In this document: positions 50,785 to 62,416 of the stretch, piece by piece
Position numbering within the stretch: position 1 is the first letter of the stretch
Layout: the number at the start of each line of letters is the position of its first letter
Source: Pocillopora damicornis
Taxonomy: Eukaryota
Length of the DNA stretch: 64,000 nucleotides
Reading direction: 5' to 3'
NCBI RefSeq assembly: GCF_003704095.1
Contig: NW_020846178.1
Location: forward strand, 62,001-126,000
The notes under the pieces: model-generated
The model's input: only the letters and a program-made list of their open reading frames with translations
The model's database searches: none
Told to the model about the DNA's origin: nothing
Made by a program: the position numbers and the translations under genes

Positions 50785-53424
50785 TTAAATACAGTTCTAA
50801 AAAAATGATACAATAAAAATACCTAAAAGGTTCGGTAGTTAAGTTCTCTTCATCTTCCCAACTTGTTTAAAACCCGCTACACTCTTTCCATTTCACCATA
50901 TAATGAACCTGAAGATTGTAATTATTAAACTTGACAAACATTGACAAACATTGTAAACCAAGGCAGGCGAATTGTGAACTCACCGTGCCATGTGATGTCC
51001 TTTTCGAGATTAGCATTTCCACGGCAAAATAGTTAGGAGATACATTAGCTTTTATTTTTTTTTTTTTGTATCTTAAAGAAGGTCCGCTGAAGAAATACTA
51101 TGCATTTGGAGAAATAAACCGCGGCTATTCTCGCTTGTACACCTTCCAGGGCTCGTCATTTCGTAATCTGATGCAATTACGCATGCGTAGCAGGAATTTT
51201 TTCTTTTCTTCTTCTTCTTTTTCTTTTTTTTTTATTGCAGATATGACCACCCGTTTCAAACCGCTGACTGTCTCGGATTTCTGGTCATCCCCGATTGTTT
51301 GAGTTTATTTATGGCTGTCTTGGTTTTTTTTATGTACTTTGAGGTTCTCGTCTCCGGAGAGCTTTTCTCAGTTACAATATAATTTTGTCTTTCAATTGAT
51401 TCATTCTGGAAACGGGAAGGAGAGTTACATTTTAAAGGAGGTAAGTGCTCTCAATCGACATACTTTTGCGAATTGTCAAGCCATCGTAGCGGAATTCGGT
51501 AGAGTGATTTCGGAAATCTGAGGCGCTTAAAGCAAACTAAGAACACATTTTGAGGGTAAAGCTATCACATTCTCCTCAAGTTGTTTCAGGAATAGCCAGA
51601 CGTCACTTTTAGAGCGGCTCACTTTTTTGTATTAGCCATGTGTTTTGGTGCAGAAAAAAACACACTGTATCAACGTGAGCACACCTCCATATGGAGTAAC
51701 TCGTTACAGAGAGAGTCAGAGCTGATAATCAGTGGAAAGGCTAAGATTTTCTTTTAGGAAACTAGAGTCAGTTTAAGAACAATAATTTCGGTATGAAGAC
51801 GTGTTCCCTTTTTTTCTTTCCCTTGCTGTTATGAAATCTGATAATATCGATGCAATTAAGTTAAAACTCCCCGCTGACCGTTCAGCACCGTTCAGGATGA
51901 GAGACTGATTGCGTTAGTTAAGTTGCTGCTCATGGGGTTATTTTGGAGGGATTCTAGATATTCTGAAGCTCTTGGTGACATGTTTCTCAGGAAAAATATC
52001 AGGTTTGACCATAGCATCTTCACTGATGCTACATCTCCCATCTCTGTTCAAGAAACTCGTGTGGCTATCTTAGAGTAGTTTGAACCTGTGGGTGATTGTT
52101 CCGTCGAGTCGCGTACTTGGAATTTTAAACTTCTCGATTGGTCAATTCAAAAGGATTAGGGAGGAAGCCCTTTCTAATAAAGTAGGTGTAAACGATGGAA
52201 ATATAATCTTAATGATGAAGCAGAAGGCTCTAGTGAATCGAAAAGATCGAATCACGCTGCAATTGCGATGGTGACTAGGAATACATGCAGTGATCTACAG
52301 TGCTTCTTCTCCAAGCCACTTCGATAGCGAGTGGTTAAAGCTTGACCAGAAGAAAGCCACTCGGAGTTGATTGTCGAAAGGCCTGGATTATTTGTAGACA
52401 AAAACTATGACGCAGCTTACTGCAATCTAAATTTGGACGGGGAAACGTTTGTCTTTTTATCGCCATCAGTTACTGTTTTGACACCGATGTTTCTTGGAAA
52501 CTTAAATCATGTACCTACTGCTTAAGTCAGCTAAGTTTCTTGTTGCAAAGCTATTTCCAAAATGTTTTCAGACTCTCCAATGCACTCATAAGAGATTTTT
52601 ATGGCCTGCCCTCACTGACATGAAACTGTGTTATAATATGAAAGTAAGAGAAATATCTTTAAGGAAGGGAACATGCCCGCATGAATCGAGTCTGGTGCAT
52701 CTCTGGGTTTGCGCAAAGTACTGAATAATTTTCTTTAACCTCCAAATAGGACTGTCACAATTATTTACCGAAGAACATTCGCCGTATTTGAGCAAAATTT
52801 GCGAGTGTTTCAAGGATACTCATCACTTAGGTACGTAAGTCTGTAAGACTTAAAACTAAATGCACCTATGCACATTTTTAAATTAAAGATTCGAAGTCAG
52901 TTTCTCCCAAGTTTAAAATGTTTCATTTAATTAGATACAACGTTATTTTCTTGACACTAGCAGAAAAAAAGGTGTAGTTACATAAAATATCCACTTGTAT
53001 CTCGATTTAATGGTAAAGTAGAGAACAAGCAATTATTTAATTTATAGTTGATGGTTACTCAGCGGATGTTATGCTAACTTGTCGGTTAATGAGAAGTCAT
53101 GATTTACTAAGATAGAAAAAATAATAACTCGAGAAGCACAAAGACATTTTTCTTACTTGTTATTCACTAACGATTCAAGGTTTTACATTTAGTTTTACTA
53201 TTCTTTACTTTATCAATTAATAACAGTAGATGAATGTCGCTGAAAATAAACCGAGGAAGACTGAGATTGTTTGGCGAGGTTTTATGCGATGAAATATTTT
53301 TTGGTTATAATTTTCGCCGGCAGAGCACAATTGTTGCTTGGGATAATTTGTTTCTCTGACAAAATAATTTTTGCATTTGAAATAGCTTCACTTCAGAGAG
53401 CAATGATTGTGTAGGGTAACGTGG

Positions 53425-53982
53425 TTCGGCTCAACATCGATTAAGTGGAGGCGTACCATGCCCACCGCCAGTTCTTACAGATTGTTGATGATCGTCCAAA
53501 TTTATATGCAGGTCCACACGTTCAAATTGTTATCAGGAGGTATGCTTACAAGGAACTAAAAATTGAGTTCATGGTTTTTTTTCTCAAGAAATCTACATCT
53601 ATACTAATTAAATCTTACTCTTTAAACTAATTCTGATCTAGAGCGGCTCACACGCGAAATGAGCGCCTGTCGACTTATTTCTTCAAGATATGAGCTGTTC
53701 TGGCTGCCATTGCTTGCTCAGTCTACTATTACTGCAGAAATTGAAATGCGACTGGATGTAGCCTGGGTATGGCAAGTGCACATGCTGTCACCTGTCAGTT
53801 ACAAAAGGGACTGTAATGAATTTTGTCGCAACTTTGGTGAATCATAAAATATTGGTCGCTGAGCAACGTCAGAACGGGCTTGTAAAGGCCTGGGCCCTAT
53901 GGGAAGAACTGTATCCTGGGGAACCTTTTGAAGGTGACCTGACGGGCCTGGAAACAGTGTTCCTGATTTTAGGTCAAGAATT
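53425..53982 (+). pseudogene. GRDP-like copy G, truncated pseudogene of the H subtype
   Basis: EAYHAHRQFLQIVDDRPNLYAGPHVQIVIRR|GT (donor 53540), then exon 2 from 53688 YELFWLPLLAQSTITAEIEMRLDVAWVWQVHMLSPVSY. It has frameshifts, ends near 53982, and lacks the 8-aa insert found in copies B-F. Confidence 0.85.
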
Positions 53983-55591
53983 CAGGTTCCCTTAATTTTG
54001 TGTCAGTTTACACCGTCTGCATTTTGGGAAATTTTGTGACACAGCTTCTTCAAATAAACCTTCAGCAAAAAGTTTTCACTACCTCATTTTCCATCTGTTT
54101 GTTTCCTTCCCCATGGATCAACCTTCAGCATAAAGCACCCTTCATCTTTTTCCACACCCATTATTTTTTTCACATTTTCTTTAAAGCTCGGGCTTCACTG
54201 CATATTTTGTTATGCAGCATTTGCATTATGTCACAATAAATTATATCGAGTTACCGGTACATTTCAAAGACTTCTCAGCCAATAACCGAAGAAAACGAAA
54301 TGGAGTGGGAACTAACTTGTGTCTCGCATGGCCCACATGATGATTCGCACGACTCACTGGCTCGCAACTTGTCAAGACTCTTGAGCTTCTACCTCCGAGA
54401 AAGGGGAATTTCTTTTCAGAAGGCGAGGGTTTGCGGGCGATAAGTTCGGTGGGTAAGAAGTTTTAACTTTTTCATCTCTCACCGTTACACTTTCAACATT
54501 CTATAGAGATGTAAAATTTCCGTTTTTGCCGATTGTTGAAATCGACCTGATTTTCGCAACGTTGAAGTCACGAAGACAATTCAATATTTTTTGGTTTCTC
54601 TGACGTGCTTATTGTGAAATTTGTCAAATATCTCTGACGAAATCTTTTGAGATGTGTAGGATGGATCTGTCACCTTTGCGCAGCAATCTTGTACGGCCAG
54701 AAGTATTTAGTTATACCTTAAGTTCGATTCTCCCGATAAATTTTTCATTATCCTTGTCTGCACGGCTAATATCGCGTATCACGAAGTATTTTACCTTCGA
54801 GACGATTATCCAAATATTATTAACATGTATGAATTGCAATTATTCAAATGGCTATTTAATCGATAAAGTTTTACGCAGTCATATCAAACAGCCGCTCTCA
54901 ATCAAGTTAAGGATGTGCATTGGTAACGCGAGTCCAACTAGACTAAGTTCACGTATGCAAATATCTCCGTATCATTATTGAAATCATTAGCAGTTAATCC
55001 GTCCAGTATAAAGTCTTGGGAGATCCGGAGCAATATAGACTTAAGATATTTTGTTTATTTAGAGAAAAGATTGCTTTTTTTTTTTTACCATTTTAATGAT
55101 TTTCCTTAAGAGTGAAGCGTTTTGATTCAACCGCTATTTATAATGTACCCTCGAAATTTGTGGCGCAGATGTTTTGAGATGCATAACATTCATTAAAGTG
55201 ATAAATGAGCCACAATAATGCACTTCTGTAATAAATAGAGACTGGCGTTACATTGCATCTGTCTCTGCTTCTACCACCGCAGGAAGATCCTAAAGAAAAA
55301 AATTTGAGTTTTTTCGGGAATGAAAATAGTAAACTACAGCAATCCGGTAAGGATATCGTAAGTTTGCTTTCTGACACACTATGGAGGATAATAACTTCAA
55401 TAAACAAATAGTTAGCAAAAAATTCGAGGAGTCAGTAGAGTAGGACATATTTAACGGAAATCAAGACAGAACGAATAAATTACTTTATGTTACAAAGTGT
55501 AATATTTTAATCGCAAGTGATTAATGAGTTTAAAAATTTGATTTTTTTTCACTACCACCAGAGACGTGATTCAATGCAAATGTAAATCGAC

Positions 55592-58500
55592 ATGTCACGC
55601 GGCAAGATTAGACTCAGCATTGACTTGGTGGAAGCGGCCGTTGCCCACCGCCAATTCTTACAGCTTGTTGATGATCATCCAAGTCTATATGCTGGTTCAC
55701 ACGTTCAAAACGCAATCAGAAGGTAGGTTTGGTTCAACTGTACTGTTGATCAATCGTTTTAAATATTTAGGAGTAAGGCCCGTGGGGATCGAAATAGAAA
55801 GCCACACTGTTTCATTTTTCAACTGTTCAAATTTGTTTGACAGCACGTCACGAAAACAGTTTTAACGAACAATCAGGGGCACAATTTTAAATGCAGAAAG
55901 TTTCATTTAATTTCAACGTCCCGAATATAACTGATAGATTTTTATCATTACTTTCACTAAAGCATATATATCGTAAAAGTTCGGTTAATTAAAGTTCGGC
56001 CCGAGAATAAGTCTGTTACATGTAGAGTGCGACTTTTAAAGCGGCCGGTCAGAGTCATTTAGTTTCTGTCAGATGTGAACTGAACTAAGTGAAGAGGCTG
56101 AGAAATCAGAGGGTGGAAAGTTAAAGTGTAGGCTCACTAAATAGCGAGAGACAAAATGAGAATAATAAAATCAAAGAGTTCAATGTATCAAGAAATGGTC
56201 TGTTGTTCCAGCTCAACTTCTCACATTAAGTATTAAACAATAGTCCTTTTGCTCTTTGTAGCACTGAGGGACTTCGGCCGAAGCGGCGCGAAAAGGTTCG
56301 TGAGTAATCGGAAAAAAATTTTCGGTGCATTTTTAACCTCTCTCAGCGTACCTTTTTTTATCGGACAGTCTTTTATCATGCTCGTGATAAACAAATCGGA
56401 CTTCGGCTGCGCGGTCGTCCGATTTTGTTATCACTCGTATGATTACAGACCGAAGTGGACTCCACTCAGTCCTATTGCCATTATTTATTATTATTGTCCT
56501 GAAATGTTACGGTATTGGGCACCCATAGTATCCTCCTAGCCATGGAGTGTATCCAGTCCTAACGGTCAGATTACAAGAAAGCCTTTGACTTAACTTTAAA
56601 CTGATTTTAACTATTTTTAACTTTTTTTCCTTTTTTTTTTATTAGGTATGAACTTTTCTGGCTGCCTTTGCTCGCTTATTCTACGACCTCAGAAATTGCG
56701 GCACCACTCGACATCGCGTGGGTTTGGCACGTGCACATGCTGTCACCCGTCAATTATGAAAGGGACTGCAACGAAATTGCCTCTACTCTGCTAGATCACA
56801 AGATCCTAGTTGGAGAACAGCGTCAGAAAGGGCTTATTACGGCCAAAGCTCTGTGGGAGAAGTCGTATCCCAGCGAGCCTTTTGAAGTTGACCTGACGGC
56901 CCCTGCTAACAATGCGCCAGGTTTCAAGTCAAGAATTGAGTATGACATCGCAGCTGCCTGTACTCGACAGAGAGTATTTTATTATCAGGTGTCCTTACCT
57001 CACTTTGAAGATAAGAAATTCATGACTAAAGCAATGGAGAGATATACATGGCATCTCATGCTCAAGAGAGATAACCCAGAAATGTTTCTTGTGCCTTGCT
57101 ACGACTTTGATCTCATTTGGCATGCGCATCAGGTAAATCCACTGCTATACAAAAAAGACACCACGGAGATACTGGGTAAAGTACTCAAACATGATGATTC
57201 AGTGAACGACCGTCAGCCTGGCTCAAAGCTCAACTTGTCTGAAGAAATAACCCGCGAAAAATGGAAAAACCTGGGTCAAGAATTTGCAGTGAATGGAGCC
57301 ATGTTCCGTGGAGAGCCTCCTCTTGGAACTAACACACTGGCAGGGCCCATTGACTACACTTGGCTGGCAGCACTCGAGTACACTGTAGATTTGACCAAAT
57401 TGGAAGTTGAAGGTCTCCCTAAACCGAAAGCGTACACTATTGAAATTGATGTCATGAATGGTGAGCGGGTCCTTAAGAGACAGATTCGCGGGCCAAATGC
57501 CACACTTTCCGAATCCACCAATGCCTTATCAACGTTTACGTTTAAAACGAAGAATAGCAGTAATCTGAAGGTAAGAGTGTTAATGCTTTAATAATTTATC
57601 TTCTATGATTCAGAGTTATTTATCAGTTGTCTCCTTCTCGTCTGATTTATTATGGTAATTACACTGAGTGCAATTTGGTCTGAAATCATCAACGCGATTT
57701 GAAATCAAAAGTATGATTTCAAGCCAAAATTGCACGACACGAAATTCGATTACACTTTATTACACCTATTTTGAAATCGGAAAACTCGTTCGCTTAATGC
57801 AGTTTTTAGTTTGTAAAAATATTTTATTGAGCTGGTTTGTAAAAAGATGCAAAAGTTGTCTCTCATTTCCCTGCAATTTGAATGATTTCTTTAAACAAGT
57901 TTGAAATTGATTGGTTGTTGTGTTTTGGTAAAGGTGTCTCATTGGCTGGGACAAAGATACGATTAAGAGCATAAAATGGTAAAATAAATCGCGCCGGTGA
58001 GAGCCAATCGGATTGCAAGGATCACATGTGATTCACGCGCAACAATAAAGTGGCTGAGACATGAACACCAAGCCCAGTGAGATGAAATCTTGTTTAGTTG
58101 AATCAGTTTCGGGTAGTTAAGTAACGGTGGTAGGTGAAAAGGGTGATGATGATCAGGGAGACCACTGGTTTGCGGAATCGTCAATTGTACACCACTGGGA
58201 TTTTGTGGAAGTGATATTTCATAGGATTAATAAGTCGCTACCGGCAAAAGAAACATTATTTGGTTCAAAACCATCATTAACTTTGTATTTATTTTATCAG
58301 GTTCGCATTTATCAACCAAGAACATACTCTTGCTTTACACATTCACTTGACGAGTCTGACCAGTACCTGTTTGTAAACCATCTGGTCGGCAAAGTTCCTT
58401 ACCAAAGTACCGCCAAGCCTGAGCCAGAAACGCACGACTTAACTGTGGCTGAGAACTTCAATGTTCGGTTTACTACTGTAGTTCATCCCCCCAAACTAGA

Positions 58501-59539
58501 TGGATACTATTTTACCGTGAGACCAAAGAGAAATTTCAGCCAAGTCCAATATCCCGGTCAGATATTAAGCTCGCCGACGCTCTTCCTTTCGCCAGCTTCT
58601 TTAGCTTCCCCATCGGCACCTTGCGAAATGTCGCTCCATCGGGTACTTGACAGTGAGCTTCGACAGGCGTTTACCTGCCGAGTGGTGCACTCAGCTTTGT
58701 TGGTGTTCTCTTCCGTGGAGGTTATCAACCAATCTGGTTGCGTTGTTAGTACGGCTCACTTACTATGGGGTAGCATACTTCCTACGAAAGAACAGGTGAG
58801 CAAGCCACAAAAATGTTGCACTTTGGATGAGAACGCAGGAGAAAGAGCAATGCTTATTAGAGGAAGCAAAGACTGGGGAGTCTGCATCGGAAAATGGGAA
58901 GGGTTTGTCAAGGGTGTCCCTGGCGTGCCTGGAATAAAAGGGCAGCCAAATAAACCAGGTGTAAAAGGAAAACCTGGCGTGAGAGGCCAACCTGGACATT
59001 TGTCCATTAAATTCTTCTCACTGTCCGGAACTAAAGAGTGGAAAGAGGTAGAAAAGCAGGGAGATCAGTTCTGGGTAAGTCTTAGCAAAAAGATGAAGCT
59101 CAGCATCGATTTGCGCACAGGCTTGATTTCGTTTCCTTCTGAAGTACATCACGTGCCAGAGGTAATTGCACTCGGATTTTCAATTGCCATTCTTCATCTT
59201 TTATGCCAGCCTTACACTCCAGTCGGAAGTACAGATTATTCAAAACCATCAGTTTGTGCATCAGGACAGGCCGACAAACCAGGCGGAATTCATAATGAAG
59301 ACCTTGCATTAATAGTGGCAGCCGGGTACTATGCCAACACTGTACCAACTAACTCATACCTAAAGTATGCGATAGGAGGAGGTGCCTGCGGTGGATGTGG
59401 TGGATGCGGTGGCTGTGGTGGCTGCGGTGGATGTGGTGGTTGCGGTGGATGTGGTAGCTGTGGAGGATGCGGTGGTAGCTGTGGAGGATGCGGTGGTTGC
59501 GGTGGTTGCGGCGGTGGCTGCGGTGGCTGCGGAGGATAA
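55592..59539 (+). CDS. GRDP-like (DUF1399) copy H, intact; exons 55592-55722, 56646-57570, 58301-59539; 764 aa
   Basis: MSRGKIRLSIDLVEAAVAHRQFLQLVDDHPSLY... with GT-AG introns of phase 2 and 0 that keep frame (131+925+1239 nt). Both WHxH motifs are intact. Collagen-like insert at 58913-58996, tail with 16 Cys at 59375-59536, stop TAA. Confidence 0.92.
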
Positions 59540-60318
59540 TTGACTGAGATGATGCTATAAATATTCATTGTAACAAAACATTAATGATCTGAGACATTTA
59601 AGTCATTTAAATAATCTGACTGCATTTTATTTCCGCAATTACGAGATAGAAACTTGCAGAAAACACGCAGAGTATAGGCAAGATCACTTGTAACTTAAAG
59701 ACACTAGTAAGAAACGGCAGAAGTTTGTGTAATCAAAAACCTTTTCGATTTTAAAGGTCTCGTATAGATTTATCACGAACAGTTTCTCACTTCCTTGCTG
59801 TGTCATAAAATACTAATTCCGATTAACCCCGAACCGTAAGGTTCGGTTTGTTTTCCCAGTAAGTACGCTCTTTCAGCATGTCACAGAACGTTTTACATTA
59901 AACTGTAAAATAACAAAATAATGGAAATAATATTTGCTGTAAAGGCCTGTGGCAAAATTCTTTGTATTTACCCCAATCGATTGCTTTCCAGAATCTACTC
60001 CAAAGATATATGTTATTTTTGACGATATCCAACGATTTCGAAACGATTGTAACTTAACAGATCCTATTGATCAAAATTTAGCTGTTTAGCTGCCACAGAG
60101 ACAATTCGCGCTGACGAAGGGCTAACGCTCGAAACGTGAGCTTTGAACAAATTTTCATCAGAGGAGATTTTTCCGGATCCATAATTGTTACCGAATTCAT
60201 CAATTTTAGGGTTATCGTATTCATTGACGTTTACGTTGGTTACAAGGCTGTTTCCTGCCTTAATCGATAACAACAAAATTCTTCCTAAGTAAAAAGGGCT
60301 AGAGTCGATCAAGATACA

Positions 60319-60546
60319 GATTTGAGTTGGACAGATAGTGAAGTTGAATTTCTGCTCGCAGTCGTTCGTGCATATTCTACCCAAAAGAACTACGAAGGTT
60401 TAGAATGGGAGAGCATCAAAAGCAAATTCGAGGAAATCAGGAAAGAGTTCGTCACGTTTTATAAACAACAGAATGGATAGGCACATGATCTCAGCCTGTT
60501 CACCAGGGAAAGGATAGCAAACCGTCTAAAGGTCGCAGGCAGAAAA
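60319..60546 (+). pseudogene. Myb/SANT-like fragment, possibly a Harbinger-type transposon accessory ORF remnant
   Basis: Translates DLSWTDSEVEFLLAVVRAYSTQKNYEGLEWESIKSKFEEIRKEF...*..FTRERIANRLK. The WTxxEVxxLL...W...KF pattern is typical of trihelix/Myb-SANT domains. No start codon and an internal stop. Confidence 0.5.
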
Positions 60547-61005
60547 GCACCCAAATTCATTCTTCAAATCGTTTTTACGAATAGGCTTTCTGGTTTAAAA
60601 AGTTTTCGGACTTGATGTTCCAGATTTCGAATTCAAAATATCCGGAGACTCGACCAAAGAGGGAAAGTTTTATTGCGGATTTGTCTACTTGCTGTCTTGT
60701 GAATATCATGGTAATCATTTGCTTCGATCACACAGCACATCTCATACCTCTAAATCAGCATCGCTGTCCTCACAAATTACATTATACATCTTGCCGCGTG
60801 GGGCTAATCTCCATGAGCTCGAGAAACTTGAGCCTGCGATTTTGTTTCGCCAGGGAACATGAGCTCGAAATGACCTCATAAAATTTCGTCATGCGGTTTC
60901 CAAAAATTGGAAACAGTTCCAGCGTTACCAAAAGAGTAAAAGAGAAAAAGATGTATACACCTTAATCATATGTAAATAACAGTTAAAAAAAGCAAACAAA
61001 AAAAT

Positions 61006-61060
61006 TGCATAGTCTGCACGGTCGGCACGGTCTGCACAGTCTGCATGGTCTGCAGTCTGC
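61006..61060. repeat. 9-bp tandem repeat (TGCAYRGTC)n, probably the terminus of an interspersed element
   Basis: TGCATAGTC TGCACGGTC GGCACGGTC TGCACAGTC TGCATGGTC TGCAGTC. Confidence 0.75.
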
Positions 61061-62324
61061 GTTTTATCATGACCGATGCAACCACAATAGAGTGCAGTTC
61101 ACTCACATGGTCGATAAGTATGCAAATTTAGGGGACGAAAAAACTTTTTTACACAACAAAAGCGCTCAAATCCCACAAGATTTGCTTGGAACACCAATTG
61201 CAACATGGCGACGGACCACACGTTTCCAATTATGATCAACTTTGAACAAAGATATATATACAGATATTAATGGGAGCCGGGAGAGGTCTATTTCTAAGTC
61301 GAATTTTAGGCATTTAAACGTAAACCGCTCTCTTTGATATTTAGCATTCGGAGTAACAAATTTGAAGATTTTATAAGGCATCATATCTCAGTGCGAATAA
61401 CATAAGCGCATTTTAGGGTGAAACACCATTTTCTAGAAAACACAAAATAGCGACGGGCCACCTTATACCTTTATAGAATCATTGCTCTGGAGAATTCATA
61501 GCCGAAGTAATGTGACTCGACTTGGCTAACCTTTTTAAGAAAAAAAAGGTAGTATAGAAAGGAGAATCTGTTATTCTTGGAAAATAATCGTGTAAATGCA
61601 AATCTTTCGCAATTTGCAAAGGTTCAAGTATAGTTGAGTTGGTTGAACACCGTTTCATGCGCAATCTCATAATGTCGGACATCAACACCAATTACGTGTA
61701 GGAAAACAAGCTTTTATTAGTCATAGTCTTTTTCTTAGTTATAACAGCTATTTTCAGTTTAAATTTTTGGTCAATACTATGGTTTTTTGTCTAAAAGGAA
61801 AGTAAAAAAGTATTTTGAGTTGATGGAGAAAAATTTTCGTGCTGTTTTATTGGCAGTTCTAAGTCAATTTTGGATTATAAAAATTGGCCTTCTTTTCCCA
61901 GTCAGAACAGTGTTATGCTGTGCTAGAACAACTTTTTAGTATAACAGTTATTTACAAATTAAAAATTATAAGCAACGATTTGAACTGTTGGTTCTTTTGA
62001 TATAGTTAAATCACTTGAAGAATTAACCTCGCGGAACGTGAATGAAAGAAATATGACCTCGCCTCCACAGAGTTGCTAAAAAAAGATGGGGAATGAATGG
62101 TCATTAGACTTGCTAGACGGACAGTCTCCATCGGTATTCCTAGAAGAAAAATTTATCCCTTAATTTGCTGTAATATATATTTCTTGTAATTATCAAATGT
62201 TCAGTTATGGAAATATGAACAGACAAACATGCATTCACAAACATGTCCTTCAATGACAAAATCGACCATTGAAGTCATTCCTAGATAACGAAATACGAAA
62301 ATTAGGAGCGAACCAGAAACTAAA

Positions 62325-62416
62325 ATCTGGAATCTGCAGGGGTAGAATCCGGAATCTAGCTTCCACAGCGTGGAATCCAGAATCTAATACTGTCTTGGAT
62401 AACCTTACATGGGCGA
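62325..62416. repeat. Truncated GGAATCC-repeat interspersed element end
   Basis: Iterated (G)GAATC(C/T) motifs ending CTGTCTTGGATAACCTTACATGGGCGAA; recognised from memory of coral-type repeats only. Confidence 0.5.

Larger units (their letters stand above)
49447..51159 (-). pseudogene. Decayed spliced chromodomain-containing gene convergent with the transposase
   Basis: Exon ending 50984 (YFAVEMLISKRTSHGT|GTGAGT), 75-nt intron 50983-50909, and exon from 50908 (CTTCAG|VHYMVKWKECSGF*TSWEDEENLTTEPFR) splice into a chromodomain-like consensus. Downstream coding-like blocks at 50345-50130 and 49610-49447 are split by inserted repeats. Confidence 0.7.
46496..51295. mobile_element. About 4.8 kb insertion in the duplicated upstream module, carrying the transposase and chromodomain remnants
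   Basis: The module breaks at ...ATTGCAAAAGAA (46495) and resumes at TGTTTGA..TTTATGGCTG (about 51296). These two pieces are contiguous at 27730-27770. No TIR or TSD identified by eye. Confidence 0.65.

Noticed and set aside
48950-51295. RAG2-like gene or RSS-like TIRs next to the RAG1-like remnant
   Set aside because: No kelch or PHD pattern and no matching heptamer/nonamer-type inverted ends seen; the partner ORF is chromodomain-like instead.
58127-58300. N-terminal extension of the 470-aa ORF
   Set aside because: Intron 2 sequence; the acceptor TTTTATCAG at 58300 matches the exon 3 start of the paralogs.
59329-59568. Pro/Gln/His-rich ORF, and VEDVEVV-type ORFs at 26053, 42630 and 23037
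   Set aside because: Antisense or alternative frames of the Gly/Cys tail repeat.
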